Below are positions 49,119-63,020 of a stretch of DNA of 64,000 bases, one piece after another; the stretch's first letter is position 1; each line of letters starts with the position of its first letter. The notes under the pieces are model-generated. The model did not search any database, was not told where the DNA came from, and saw nothing but the letters and a program-made list of their open reading frames with translations. Where the stretch lies: positions 30,134,001-30,198,000 of the forward strand of contig CM119372.1 in assembly GCA_051294905.1 (NCBI GenBank). The letters are read 5' to 3'. A program made the translations under genes and the position numbers. The DNA comes from Botryllus schlosseri (lineage: Eukaryota).

Positions 49119-49179
49119 CTTTTCCCAGGTTCACAAGTAAAACGAGGTAAAATATACTTTGGGATCACCCGTTGACTCT

Positions 49180-49870
49180 TTATATACCGTTTCACGCAGT
49201 GAATCATTCACAAACAAGTCGCGCAGTTTCATGTCTTGGTACTTGCCCCACGAGAAAGAATTTCCCAGTCGGATGGGTGAAATTATCTAGTATTTACCAA
49301 TCAAAAACAAAATCGCAAAAACAAATCGCGTGGTTTCGTATCGCGGTCGGTACTTGCCCCGTGAGAAGGAATTTCCAAATCGGTTGGCTGAATCAAATTG
49401 ACTTTGTACGACCATAGTAAAAACAATCACCGAATGCGCAAAACCAGTGCATTTACGTTTTTAGGAAGATATAAGTGAAATCTAACCAGCTGGTGATTAG
49501 ATATTCCATAATGCCGATCAACAGATATTCCAGCGCATCGATAATTAGATGATATTTTATTTGTGAAACTTGTCGTCACCGGTTATGATCACTGGTGTTA
49601 CATGACGTAAAATCCGTCATTATGTCAGTAGTCGGGAAATTATTGCTTGTGATTATGACGTGGATATTTTAGCGGACTCGCGGATGAATCTTTATTCATA
49701 TTTTCGTAACTAGTGAAGTAAAGGGTACCCAAAATGATGACGTGAGGTCATTTCTGTCATTATGCCGGCGATCAGGAAATTTCCGCCCGTGATCGCGATA
49801 TCTTTGCAACTAGGCGTACATCGGAAGCTCGGATGCATCTTCGTTATTTTCAGGAAAACTAACGGACGTT
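49180..49870 (-). promoter_or_regulatory. Copy C proximal promoter: TATA plus kB-like/CRE-like modules
   Basis: TATATAA 49186-49180; AGAATTTCCC 49257-49266, AGGAATTTCC 49367-49376, GGAAATTTCC 49775-49784. Confidence 0.55.
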
Positions 49871-50550
49871 TTGAAGTATGTGAAGACCATAATTAACTAT
49901 CGTAATCGAAACGCCACAGGCATAGTAATAAAAGCGCCGTACAACACGTAACAAATTCCAATGAAGGACTACTTTTAATCCATGAATAGATAGATGTATT
50001 AATTCATACCCCGGTGAGTCACAAGTATATAGTTGGGGCCAATACACTTAGTGCTTTGGGGTACAGCAGGATTTTATCATGCCACATGGACTAACATATA
50101 GGTATACAGTATACACATATATAGTGTGGTAGATTCATTTTTGAAGCATCATTGGCTAGCTGATCAAGGAATATTCAGCATTTGCTTGGGTAACGACAAT
50201 TGTGTATGTTCACAATTGCGTTAACCCATCATCCCATACTCACGCTTCCCCATGACTTTTTCGTCTACCAAATGATAAAACGATATTCATTTTAATTCAA
50301 TGCGAAAAGAAAACTTTTTTAGTAAGTGATTATGGCGAGCTCGCGTGTAATCGAATATGATGACGAAATTACGATATCGAACAGACATATTATGTGGTAG
50401 TGGGATTCATTTTGACTGTTAATGTTCGTGAAAAAATAGTTCAAGATTAATAAAATTTAACAGTGAACACTGGCATCAATCAGATAATTTTGTTGCGTTG
50501 CAACAACACTAAACTGCATATGATCAGTGTAAACTATAGTCCTTCAAGCC

Positions 50551-50560
50551 GGGACTTTCC
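50551..50560. promoter_or_regulatory. Canonical NF-kB site GGGACTTTCC
   Basis: Exact consensus; the paralogous position in B is GGGAGTTTCC (34282-34291). Confidence 0.45.
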
Positions 50561-50837
50561 TTTTAAAAAGAGTTGCTCTGGGGCAGGTTTTACCGTTTGC
50601 ATCGTAGGAATTCGTTTAGCCGATACCAGCATTTTTGTACATAAATGTAGTAGCCTATACGCTATTTGAATTTAAATTACAAGGAATAAATATTTCAGCT
50701 TCATCATTTTTACTATGTATTTGATGGCTCACATTTTAATATCTCACGGCTATCCTCATGGTAATTTGTATTAACTATAGGATCGGAGTTATGCATTTTT
50801 TCTCTTGCACATCTGGATTTTTCCGAAATATCTATAG

Positions 50838-51677
50838 AATTAAATAGTATATTCATATTGAAATGAACCCGAATATTTTCGGCTGACACTCGTCAGGGGT
50901 AATCGTCAGCAACTAGTAGAGAATTGGAAAGAACATTGTATATCAACAATCGTATCACAAAATATGACGTCACCAGCATGAAATTTCGAATGAGAGAGCG
51001 TTCAATGTACTATTTTTAGGTGATACACGAACTCCTTTTGTTGACAGAGTTTTGGTTGGTGTATTTTGATAAAAGTTGATTCCAAGGCACACAAATGGAA
51101 TTGTGAACGGCCTCGACCTACGATTCGAAATCGGTCGTCTCGATAATTATTCGCACAAATCGGATTATCCAACAGATGTTTGCCGATGGCAGAATTAATG
51201 GCCTTTGATCGATCAGCATCAATCTTAAGGGGATGAGTTAAGGGTGAGCTTTTCACATCGCGTGACGCACGTGTTCTGATAAATCTGGGGACATGTTGGT
51301 TTATGCGGTCCTGCAGACGTCTTGACGTTCTTCCCACGTAGCCACAATCACAGTGGCACCTGGTCGAGGCCGTTCACAATTCCATTTGTGTGCCTTGGAA
51401 TCAACTTTTATCAAAATACACCAACCAAAACTCTGTCAACAAAAGGAGTTCGTGTATCACCTAAAAATAGTACATTGAACGCTCTCTCATTCGAAATTTC
51501 ATGCTGGTGACGTCATATTTTGTGATACGATTGTTGATATACAATGTTCTTTCCAATTCTCTACTAGTTGCTGACGATTACCCCTGACGAGTGTCAGCCG
51601 AAAATATTCGGGTTCATTTCAATATGAATATACTATTTAATTGTATATTGAAGTTCTGTACCTCCAAGAAGCTCTTC
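50838..51677 (-). mobile_element. Penelope-like retroelement, truncated, with inverted pLTRs and GIY-YIG endonuclease fragment
   Basis: (Y)VGRTSRRLQDRINQH..SAIGKHL..LESTFIKIHQPKLC; 281-bp inverted arms 50838-51118 and 51362-51642; TSD AAATATCTATAG; empty site in copy B at ~34570. Confidence 0.9.
51581..51612 (+). ncRNA. Minimal type I hammerhead ribozyme motif in pLTR (mirror copy on minus strand at ~50868-50899)
   Basis: CCC-CTGACGA-G..C-GAAA-ATAT-TC-GGG: intact core, 3-4 bp stem I, palindromic AATATT in place of stem III. Confidence 0.65.
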
Positions 51678-52377
51678 AAATATCTATAGGTGGGATTTCT
51701 ATCTCAGATATTTTGCCATGTTGCAACAATAGGCCTATATATCTGCGTATATGAGCAGACTTACGTAATATATTGTTATATCAAGAATTTGCTTCCAACA
51801 GAGACCCCCGGAGACAGTTTGGGTCCACAGCCAAGTTGGTAATCACAGTGGTTATCCCTAAGTTCGATTACACTCTAAATTCGTGATCAGTCCGTGGACC
51901 GTCAGAGTAAACGTGAATGTCGCACATTATCCCAGAAGTCGTTTGTCTCGGATTTGCATCACCGGAATCATTCCTGTAATCGAAAGTTACGGTGTAATGG
52001 ACACTGCACAGGAAACCCTCGAAAAGCTCCGTCAGAGTTCGAAATCTACATTGTTACGAAAACAAATATGTTTTTTAAATTGTAAAATTTTGTCATGATT
52101 TTCTAAATGCTTTCGAAAGCCATATAATACGAATTTTCGGACGTCTTGCACCTAAACATGGGTTTTCATATTTTTCGTTCATTAATTTCAAACAGAATTC
52201 ATCAATTATCAAAAGTCTTCGTTGCGCCGTCCGCGAAATATACTGACAAATTATTTAGTGTTTCCATGAATTCAGTGGTTTCTATATTTCATCTAGAATA
52301 TGTTTTACGCTTCACGCGCGTACTTTTAGATATCAAAATATCCCTTAACACAGTTCGATCACACTATACATAGGGGT

Positions 52378-53549
52378 CAGTGACGTGCGGTGAGGTTCAC
52401 GGCTGGTGAGGCACGCCCCCCCCCCCACACATGCAAAAGAACAACACGCACGTAAAGAGACTTGAAATGTGAATAACAAAAGCAGCGGGTATAGAGAGCA
52501 TTTTCTTTGCACACTGGTAGCCGTTGCAATTTCACATTGTATAATACATGTAGGACTGGTCGCTATTGTGCCCAATGGGCATGTTTAGACAAATAATAAT
52601 TACTATCTTTTAAAGTAGGCCTTCCGGTATAAATTATTCGAAGAACATGAAAAAAGCATCCTCAGTTACAAATTTTATTCAGTAAAAAAACACTAGATTT
52701 GCTGAATTTCGAAAGAAAATGCACTAGGTCAAGTCGAAATACACTAGATCTAGTGTTTAGGAGTGGCACCACTGCCACAAACAACAACGGAGGCTTTGTA
52801 AGTATGGCTATCACAATCACATACCGCAATGAACGGTTAAAGGGATTACAGTCGAACACAGCATAAAGGACACAAACAACGACAATGCAGCCTATGCAAA
52901 TAGCTATCACATACCACAATTTAACGTAGCTATGGGTGCAAAATACATAACAGCTACATAATAAGTATGGGAATGTATTGGCTTCGCATTACGCATTGGC
53001 CGTCTCTTCAATCTTATATAATTCCTACAAGACTGTTGGATTCCGAAATCGGTAGCGCGTTTCACTCGGTTTCGATTGTCCAATTGTTAGCGAATAATGC
53101 ATGAAGCAGATTCGTTTGTGCCTCACCTCGCCATTGTTTCTCTACGATGGCATTGTCTGTAATAAAGGCGAAGGTCACCTTCCTTGGCTATTTTTGGGGG
53201 TTCTGGTGCTCTGACACTGTTAATAGTTAGATTTTCGGAATCAGTGTGACTATAGCATTTCATTGACTCCAGTTATTAAGAATTCCGAGCTATTTATGAT
53301 GAATTGGATTGTTGCGGGCGGGTCGTGCCTCACCTGTGCCTCACCTCTCATTTCGCGCTGTATTTTTGAATAATAATGATGCAAATTGATGATGTTGGGT
53401 GAAAAAAATGTTTCAATTTAGTTATTTACGTGTGTAACATCAATATAATCATCGACTCATGGAGAGGTTTCACAATTTTCACTTAGGCTACTCATCCAGG
53501 CTACAGGTGAGGCACTGCCTCACCTGCCTCATTGGACCGCACGTCACTG
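52378..53549. mobile_element. hAT-type element (CAGTGACGTGCGGT termini)
   Basis: 14-bp perfect TIR; TSD ATAGGGGT / ATAGGGAT; GCCTCACC repeats. Confidence 0.85.
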
Positions 53550-53590
53550 ATAGGGATTGTCCCGACAAAATGTTTTGAAATAGTTATGAT

Positions 53591-53783
53591 CAATGTTCCC
53601 TCAAATTTTTAACAAGTCTGCGCACACTAACCAACTTACTGCACATACCCTGGAAAACAGTGCGTAACGACTAAAAAAAGGTCATCACTTCGGATAATTT
53701 TGTGCGCAACTTGGATTTTCTGTGCGCAGAGATCGTGTCAGCACTGCGTATTTGCGCACGTGCGCAACTTAGAGGGAACAATG
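53591..53783. mobile_element. MITE (CAATGTTCCCTC family)
   Basis: TSD GTTATGAT. Confidence 0.85.
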
Positions 53784-55197
53784 GTTATGATATATTGCAG
53801 AACACTGCGTTTCGAAATCTGGAAGCGTGGTTCTGTACCACTTGTGAGAGTGTTGTACATCACACATGCTTTAAAGCTTTCTGACCAGAATGATTAGCTA
53901 AATACAACGTAACCGAATCGGGGTGTGTACATTGGGCTCAAACCCAATAGGTATGAGCCCGTATACCCAACAGTTGTTATAAGAACCATGATTTTATCCC
54001 GAAAATGGAGTAGTCATCGGGGGCGATACAAGCGCGAAATATTTCGAATAATAGTCAAGTCCAAACCCGAAAATTCGATCGGTCTTTAATCTGTACCCCG
54101 TCGTATTTAGTACAGTTCTTGAAATATGAGGGGCACCAAATCATGAAAATTTCCGAGGGGGGTGGGAGAAAAAGGTTGAGAACCGCGGGTCTACTCGAAA
54201 CACCTCCATATCAGTTCATTGTATCGCAATCTTGTGGTGTTTTGAAAGGATGAATATTAATAACCATAAACTGAAATAGAAATGACTCGAAAATCTGTCT
54301 CCGCGAATCACGGCTCCTACCATATGATTCACAAAATTCACTTACAAGCGTACGTCAAGTCAGACCTTGGAATTCGGTCCGTATATTCAGTAAATGTATA
54401 TAGGGCCTAGGTTCATAATATCTCATCTCACGCTCACACTGTTTATTTTCAGAATTTGCGATGCCGATGTTAATAACGAAAATCACGGAATCAAACAGAA
54501 GTAAACATCAGCTAAGTAGCGAGAAATTAATTCCTGAAATGATAAATTTGATGCAAAAAGCGCAGTGAATGGCGAGCATAAAACAGGACGTTTTATTATA
54601 TCCACTTCTTTCTTGATATTTGCAACATTCCATCCTTATTACGTTCCGTGTAAATATCATCGGATTGCATTGCAGCTTTCCTGTGACCATACCTTCGGCG
54701 TCGAAGTAAGCGTCAGAGACAACACGTGACCGATGGTGTGCGTGATCTTGTCGATTACGCTATTCGCGGTGCAAGGACACCTTCGTATGCGATGTGATTA
54801 TCTGGCGTTTCTTGGTTATTTAAGCCGTGAGATAAAGACATGCGTTGGTAACCCCGAATTATACCAAGACTTACCATCTATCCACAACAGTGCCAGTTTT
54901 GATAGGATTCGGGTGAAGAGAAATTCAGCGCCTGTTGCTACATCGAACCACTTTTTAAGGACTGGATAGTGGATTTCCAATTCGTGCACTGGAAAATAAA
55001 CTCGATTTACGTGTTAAGGCTTGGCTTGGCAGTAGAGTAGCCAGACACTTAAACGTGAAACAATCTTATGATTAGTGTATGACGTAGTGTACATGAGTTT
55101 ACAACCACGGACTAATCCTGATTTGCATTCAAAACTGAACGGAATGTACTTGCTCTGCGTTACGTGTTGGCAGTCACAGCTAAACGACTCATGGCAC

Positions 55198-55554
55198 TAG
55201 GGTTGCATTTAAAGCAAAGTTGTATAATTATGCCCAAATTGTGGAAATACTTTGTAAAAAACATGTTGTATGAACCTACGGACGACTATCACCTATATAG
55301 CCGACGTGTGCGATATGTGATAGTTGAAAACCTCAAAATAGTCGGTTCAACAGCTATAGTACGTAGATATTTCGTCAAATGAGCTATGATTACCCTATAT
55401 TTTCTATTGTGACGGTCAATCCACTATGACGTCACAATTGAATATTCGTGACGTCATGGCTTAAAAATCAAAACAATAAAAAACATGTTTTCAACAAGGG
55501 CTTTGTTTTATAAATGTTTGTTTTCATTTGATTTTTGTTTTAAATGCAACCCTA
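55198..55554. mobile_element. MITE (TAGGGTTGCATT family)
   Basis: TSD CATGGCAC / CATGGTAC. Confidence 0.82.
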
Positions 55555-55766
55555 CATGGTACACTGTCGTTTTGCGAAGTCGCATTGTATCACTGCGTTA
55601 CGATTGTCGAATTATTAATCAACAACCAGCGAAGCATATTCTCCTTTGCCTTTGCCTAATGTTGATCATTTGTGTTCTCATTGGAGCTAACAAAGCCGAA
55701 TTTCACATTCCTTGGCCACATTCCTTGAGCCCCTCTTCCCCCGAAGATCCATCTCATAGACTAGAG

Positions 55767-57308
55767 CAGTGCTCTTCAACCTTTTTCGACGTGGTACACC
55801 CTTTTAACATTTGCTCAAAACTCGTACACCCCTGTTCATTAGGGGTCTTCAAAAATGACTTTTTTTCTCAAATCGTACTGGCTACTTGATAAAATTGTTA
55901 GGTTACCTAACTTAAGCCTACACACCAAATTTGGTTCAATTCCAACCAGTAACCGCATTGCTACGGGAGAAGAAAGTTTCTATTTATTACATAAAAATAA
56001 ATAACGAAAAATTTGAAATTTTGCTGTTCACCCCATGAAAGTATTAGGTTGTCCATAAAAACGATGTTCTTCAAATTTGGTTCAATTCCAACCAGTAGAA
56101 CGGAGTTATTGCCGTCAAAAAATTTGGATTTGAATAAAATAGTATTTGGTCACAGAGTCTCTTCGCAGCCAGTCAGGCCGCCCGCCACGCAAATTGGAAT
56201 TTATTTCGTGTCAGCCCAAAAACAGCATGACATTACGAACGATAATTATCCTAAATGTAACAGTATTGGGGAGAGAGTAGGTAAAGCTACTTGTGCAGAA
56301 GCGGTAATTCAGATCAGCGATGATAGCAGGCGCACCAGCCTACTGCGTATCAGGCCTGCCCCATACCACACACAGTCGATAGTAGCACGTGGGCTGCAAG
56401 GTGGCGAGATAGCGCAGTGGTATAACCCGCGGCTGCAACACCGATGGGTGCGGGTCCGAGTCCGACCAAGTTCGACTTCCGAATTCCGATACCTATTAAG
56501 TGTTGGAGGTTTACCTACTTCATCCGCGTCCGCTGTGTCTTACAAAAGCCTGGAGGTGGGCCGTGCTATAAGTCGGCAGTTACGGAAAATAAGAAGAATA
56601 TCGGCCTGGTGTAAATGACCATAGTAGGTTAGTCGACAATCACCATGAATACCCCAAAACAAACAACAAACAACAAACATGGGCTGCAAGAGATGTCAGT
56701 AACCTCAGATCGTATGCCGCTATGCACAGTCTATAGTCGCTAATTTTGCATCACTAATAACAAAATCCTGAATTACAAATGTATGGCGAAAGATTGGACA
56801 TAAAATAGGCATTTTTAAACAAAAGGATTTGATTTCAACATGGAAGCTGTTTCGACCGTGGCTGGCTACTTCACTTCATTTATGTGCATTGCGGTATTAT
56901 TATCGGGTAGGAAGTACCAATTCAAGAAGTCTGAGCTATCACGGCGGTTTCCTCAAAAATCACTTAAAGACAAATGACTAGCTGAACACATATTTGCTGC
57001 ATATACTTTCCAACACCAAACGGAACCATTGGTCTATTGCCGACCGCTAAATGAATATGAGAAATATTTGCTTATGACATCGTAATCAAGCGGTGTACAG
57101 TATTACACGTGAGATAACATCGTACTATATTGCTCATTAACCTGTGCGTCAACCTGTACTGACCCATAAACCTGCCTTTGTGATAGCTTGCCATCGGCTC
57201 ATTGTAATTCGGATCTGGTACACCCCTGTACACCCCATCCTATTGGTACACCCTTTGCAAATTCTGGTACACCCTAGGGTGTACGACAACCCCGGTTGAA
57301 GAGCACTG
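55767..57308. mobile_element. hAT-type element (CAGTGCTCTTCAACC termini) hosting a SINE
   Basis: 15-bp TIR; TSD GACTAGAG; GTACACCC repeats. Confidence 0.88.
56401..56679 (+). mobile_element. Full-length tRNA-derived SINE
   Basis: A box TAGCGCAGTGG, CTGCAAC anticodon-like loop, B-box-like GGTCCGAGTCC, (AAAC/AAC)n tail, TSD TGGGCTGCAAG. Confidence 0.85.
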
Positions 57309-57845
57309 GACTAGAGCAAAGGCCCTTCGCCCTTGTACAACCCTAGTATATTAGTATGACCAATACAGATGTCGGCTTTGTCTACTGGTACATTTCAATT
57401 GTCATGTCCTGTAACGCGCTGAACTTCAGAAATATAATATTACAGAGACTTGATGACTCGGACAGAGGAAGATACACTGCCTTCTATTACAAGGGATGTT
57501 GTTGATAACACAGTTAGACCAAGTCGATATTAACATAGTTCTGTTGTTACAAACGACTTTTCTGCGTTTGACAGATACATAACAAGTGTCAAGAATATGA
57601 AACTGCGTTGCCTTGCGGTAGAAAACTGTAATGCGTCAAAAAAGCCACTCGGTAGTTCTAGGTAGCCTAGTTCTGTGTATAACTTTTTTATTTATACTAG
57701 ACGAGTGATGAAAATCATAGGGAAGGTGGCCTACTTGAAATAAATAAAAGTCAAGAACTTTCAGCCGAACAGCGCAGAATATGACTGAATGCCAGCTCTT
57801 CAAATATGAAAATGCATCAAAAAAGTTACTTGTTAATATGTAGAC

Positions 57846-58267
57846 CAGGGTTGTGACCAAGTCACAGGGTTCCGAGTCACAAGTCAGCTTCACTTTTATA
57901 GTTTTGACTCGAGTAAATTCGAGTAATTTCCAAGTCACCACCTAGTAGAGTTCGGGTCGAGTTCGAGTACAAGTTTGATCGAGTGATATAGAATGGCTCA
58001 CATTCATAATATCGTAATGTTCCTCAGCCCTAACAGTATGGCTCTATTTCCAAGTACCAAGACTGATTGACGAAATCCCAATAATGTGGTGACTTTGCTA
58101 TTCGCCGAAGTTACAATGAAATGGCTATATTGGCCGTCCTAGTCTCGTGTCATATGACTTGGTTTGAGTCATGCACAATGACTTGAATACAAGTCGAGTC
58201 AATTGACAAATTGACTCGAGTCAATTCGAGTAACCAACAAATCGTGACTCGGGTCATTACAACCCTG
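57846..58267. mobile_element. MITE (CAGGGTTGT termini); partial copy at ~39950-40254
   Basis: TSD ATGTAGAC. Confidence 0.82.
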
Positions 58268-59949
58268 ATGTAGACTTTCGGTATTCGTGCAACAATAGCA
58301 TGAGATTAATACCAGTCGTTAAAAGTTCTGAGCTGCTAGTAATGAATAGCGCTGTCAGTAGCGTAGCATTTTAAACAAATGGTGTTTATGTCTTAAACAG
58401 TGTTTTAACATATTCCTATAAACAAGATAGTGTTGTTTGTCAAACGTTGTACAATTATGCCATAATTGTGTAAATATTATCGAAAAAACACGTAGCATGA
58501 TTCTGCGGAAGATTTGCACCTGGTATAGTCGACGCATACGATGTAGAGTGACTGGAACCCTCGAAATCGTATTCGGTTCAACATTTATAGCATGTAGTTA
58601 TTGACCATTGGTACGGAATCGATCTTCTAAGGATGATTACCACCGAGCGTAAAAACGCTGCATATTGATGTAATCCCGGTTAAAGATATTTTTAGTATGT
58701 TTATGACCGTGGTTAGAAGCCTTTCTCGTCTAAGGAGTCATATTTACTCTATATTTTCCGTTGTCAATGTCAATCCGCAGTGACGTCACATTTGCGCACT
58801 CGTGATGTCATGGCTAAAAAAAAAGTGTTTTAAACACAAGGGCTATGTTTTAAACATGTTTCTTTTAAATTGATTTTTGTTTTAAATGCAACCCTAGCTA
58901 TCACAGACGAGGCTTGGCCCGCTTGTGTCTTACCTTTTCTTTCGCTCTATATTTTTCAACAATAAACATGTATTTTAATAGGATTAATTCCGGGACCGGG
59001 ATCGGGCTGAAATTCTCGGATATCTTAGAAGTCATGCATGCAGATTGGAGACACGCACGCTACGAGAACGGTTTATGCGAGTGATACGAACTAAGGAACA
59101 GGCGTCAAAGTCTAAGAATTCGTGCATGGACACTGGACACTTCCATTCGTCCGTCATGCAATAGAACAAAGAGTCGGTTCCAAAATTCTGGTTTACTGAT
59201 AAATCAATCGAATCAAACTATCCACATGTCACAATTACCTTGTTTATTACTATAACAAACCCAGATAACCAGGTAACCGACGTCCACTCCAGAATTTCCG
59301 CCTAAATGTTGGTGGTGTTTTACAACAACCGTATAGTCACGTCGACATAAAAGGCGCTAGTTCCAATGCATCCTCGTCCAGGTTTACTGGTAATTTTCGG
59401 ATGCGTGATATTTTGCGACTATTACATAACAAAATAATTCAGAACTCCCACTTGAAGCAGGGCCAATGCCCTTTAGTCTGAGATGTGAGCCTCAGAATAT
59501 TTTTAAACGGGGAAATGGGCCACCATTAAAAAAACGGTTGAAAACCCATGTTCTAGTGCAAGTCGTCCGAAGATTCAAAATACATGTTTTTCTAACGTAT
59601 TTATATCAGCCGATTTAACCTTTACCAACTCCCGTGGAACACTTACGCTAATCTACAAGCTTTCGCGAACCCCAAATCTTCGCTAAGTCATAAAAACAAA
59701 TATATATCACAATGCACATCGAACTACAGATCTAATACATTGTTATAGTTTGTTGGTGCATAAAATGAGCTGTGTGCCGACATAATATCTAAAGAACAAA
59801 GCCAAAAAATTATAATTTCCACACAAAACGAAAAGAATGAAATAGTCATTGCGAGTCTCATGTTATCTCACAGATACCAGTTCAAAAATGGGAGGCTTCA
59901 CCTTGGAAGAAGTCATTATATTGTTCGGTCGAAACGCAAACGTGATAAC

Positions 59950-60440
59950 TTGGGCAAGTTTTTGCAACTTTTGTAACTTTTTCTTACAGCTTCCGGGAGC
60001 TTCCTATATACTCGGAAGATATGTAGAATGCTGTTATGAGTTGTTTGAAGGAATCTTATAGTGCAACTTTTTGCAACTTTTGTCCATTTTTTTCATGCAA
60101 CTCTTTGCAACATTTTGCAACTTTTTCGATCTTTCTTGAGAGTTTTTTCGATTTTTCATGCAACCAACTTTTTACTGGAAATATTTGGCAGTATTACGGG
60201 TATTTCGGGAGCTGAGAAGGAAAGTTGACCTTTTTTTAGTCAATCAATAGAGGATGCGGATGGAAAACTGTATTTTGGGAGTGGAACTGGGAAGTTGACC
60301 TTCTTTTTTTTAGTCAACCTAGCAAAATATGGTCTTTTAGTGCAACTTCTGCGAAAAAATAAATGCAACTTTTTACTACAACTTTTGTCAAAAATAAATG
60401 CAGCTTTCCACGGAATTAACTGCAACAAAGACTTGCCCTA
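59950..60440. mobile_element. MITE with TGCAACTTTT repeats
   Basis: Termini TTGGGCAAGT / ACTTGCCCTA; TSD GTGATAAC. Confidence 0.82.
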
Positions 60441-60671
60441 GTGATAACAATTGCTTGATTGCAAGTGAGGATGTAAATATTGGAGATAAAATTGGCATTT
60501 GAGTATGACTTGGCTTCAATTTTGAATCCCAACATACCCTGTGTACATCATTGCACAATACGTACCACCTCAGCAGTCTTAATTCAACTACTGATCGGAC
60601 CTCCTCATTGCCTGCAAACAACGATGGCCCAAGACGGGTGTATATATTCACAAATAATATGTATGAGTTGA

Positions 60672-60728
60672 GTGTGTGTGTATGTGTTCGTTAGTGTGTG
60701 TATGTGCGTGTGTGTGTGTATGTGTGTG

Positions 60729-60766
<38 letters not shown>
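60672..60766. repeat. (GT)n microsatellite
   Basis: Imperfect GT dinucleotide run. Confidence 0.95.
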
Positions 60767-60768
<2 letters not shown>

Positions 60769-62699
60769 AACCCCTAGTGGTAAGAACCACTGATTTATAC
60801 AATCATGTAAACACTAAACAACTGACAAAACACATTCAAACATATCAGTTGGCGTTCATTTACCAAGTCAATAGTACATTTGTATCGCGCAGCAATACAT
60901 CGCAACAATGCAGATTTCCAACTTTGATGGTGCTTTCCGGGGATGGTCCGGATTACAGTTCGACTTTCGATTATAGGACTGGCGATAAAATTGACGATTC
61001 CGGTGATGCAAGTCCAGGACAAACGACATCCGGGATAATGTGACATGCATGTATATTCCAAAGGTCAACGGACAGATCAAGAACTCGGGGTATTGTGTAA
61101 GGTGAGGATAACCACTTTGATGACCAACTTATTTGGGTGCCGAAACTGTCTCTGAAGGAAACTGTCTCTGAAGGAAATTTCTTGATGTAACAATATATTA
61201 TATTGGTCTTGTCATATGCAGTTACGTGTTGTTGCAACACGATTAAGTATCTGAGAGAGGAATCCCACCTGCATATTTCGGAAAAACCCCGATGTGGAAG
61301 ATAAAAAACACAAAACTCCGATCCTATAGTTATCACAAGTTACTATGAGGATCGCTGTGAAATAATACAGTGTGAATCATAGATAGTGATAATGATGAAG
61401 CAGAAATCTTAGTTACCGATTGTAATTTCAATTCAAATAGCTCGCACTGCATTTTTTTTACATAAAACCCTACAAAAATGCTGGTCTCGCATCAACGAAT
61501 TGCTACGATACAAACTTTACAACCTGCCCCGGGGCGACTCTTTTAAAAGGAAACTCTCGGATTATCAGACTATAGATTAGACTGATCATATGCAGTTACG
61601 TATCGTTGCAGCACATCAAACTTATCTGACTGCGGATACCATTGTTCGTTGGATTGTCTTTACATTTTCATAAATCTTCAACTGTTATTCACAAACATCA
61701 ACAGTGACAATGAATCTCACTATGACACAGATATACAATCGCCATAAATTTACTTAGTCACTTTAAATTGGTATACATGTTTTAAACGGTTCCGCGTAAC
61801 ACCGCTATATGGCAAGCGAGGTTGAATAATCATCTTGATGATGTGATGGATCGTTAGTTAGGTACATTAGTTACACACATTGAATGCGAAAATTACTCCA
61901 CTTTTCTAGTAGCCTGGTAAACAGCAGTAGCCTAATATGCAATTGCTGTTCATCATTTTGCGATGAATTTCTGGTAATTGACTTACAGCTAAATTAAGAT
62001 CATACTACCCATAAGGAAGTCGAATTGCAAGAAATTCATCAACGTCGTCAATTACTGATACTTCATTATAGAATTTACAGTCATATGTCTACAAATGTAT
62101 ATGATGATTTTACTGTGGAAAACCGTTGCATATACATAATATGTTTGTTTGATTTGATTGATTTGGTCATCGCATTCGATATCACGCGAACGCGTCCTAT
62201 TCACTCCCTAGAATCGTTTTCTATTCGCTTTGAATTAAAATAATTATCTTTTATTGTAAAGTTTATTGTGAACAAGAATCCATTCATGTGGAAAGGTGAG
62301 CATGGGATGTAGCGTAAATCTAATTGCGCACAGATAGAATTATTGATATCCAAGCAAATGCAGAATTTGCCTTGATCAGCTGACCACTAATGCTCCAAAA
62401 ATTGAACATATGACACTATATTTGTGTATGCCTTTCTATATATGTTAGTCCTTGATGCACCCCAAAGCACCAAGTGTATTGTCCTCCACCACTTGTGACT
62501 ACTGACCTGAGTGTGAAATATGCAGTGCTTTACAACCGGTATGCCACGGTACACTAGCGTGCGGATTGGACTGCTCAGGGGTGCCGCGACAAAATGTGGT
62601 AAACAAGGTTGACGTATAACAAGAATTATGTGTAATGCGATACCATTAACCGATGGGAGAATGTCGAAACGACAAAGTACGTCTCTCAATTTTGAATCC

Positions 62700-63005
62700 T
62701 CCTCACTCTAATGCCATGTGTTTGATCTCTATCTTTCTTGTTTTAGGCTTCCTCGCTCTTTTCATTCTCTTTCTTTGAATAGTCCTCAATCGGGTCTTTA
62801 CTCTTTTACCGCTTTTGTACGGACGCTATGAGCACAGCAACGTAGGGAAGAGAACTTCAGATAAACCCCCGACGCAACTTGCTACTACCAAGAATAAACA
62901 ACCGGGGCCTCCACCGTCAATGGTGGTGGAACGCTAACCTGCCCACATATAGCATATATAGCGTTTGGGTACAACGTACCAACGCTACTCGCCACTCAGG
63001 GAACT
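62700..63005 (-). mobile_element. Degenerate SINE sharing the GTCGG(A/G)GGTTTATCT core
   Basis: CAGATAAACCCCCGAC matches ~1709-1724; eroded head GAGTGGCGAGTAGCGTTGG; boundaries approximate. Confidence 0.45.
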
Positions 63006-63020
63006 CGAAGGGCTATAGGG

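Noticed and set aside
56401..56475. tRNA-Cys gene
   Set aside because: No proper acceptor stem; it continues into a SINE body with tail and TSD, and a second diverged copy exists.
56013..56618. 201-aa ORF
   Set aside because: It runs across a DNA element interior and a SINE; no recognisable domain.
60672..61043. 123-aa Cys/Val-rich ORF
   Set aside because: Translation of a GT microsatellite plus non-coding duplicated flank.
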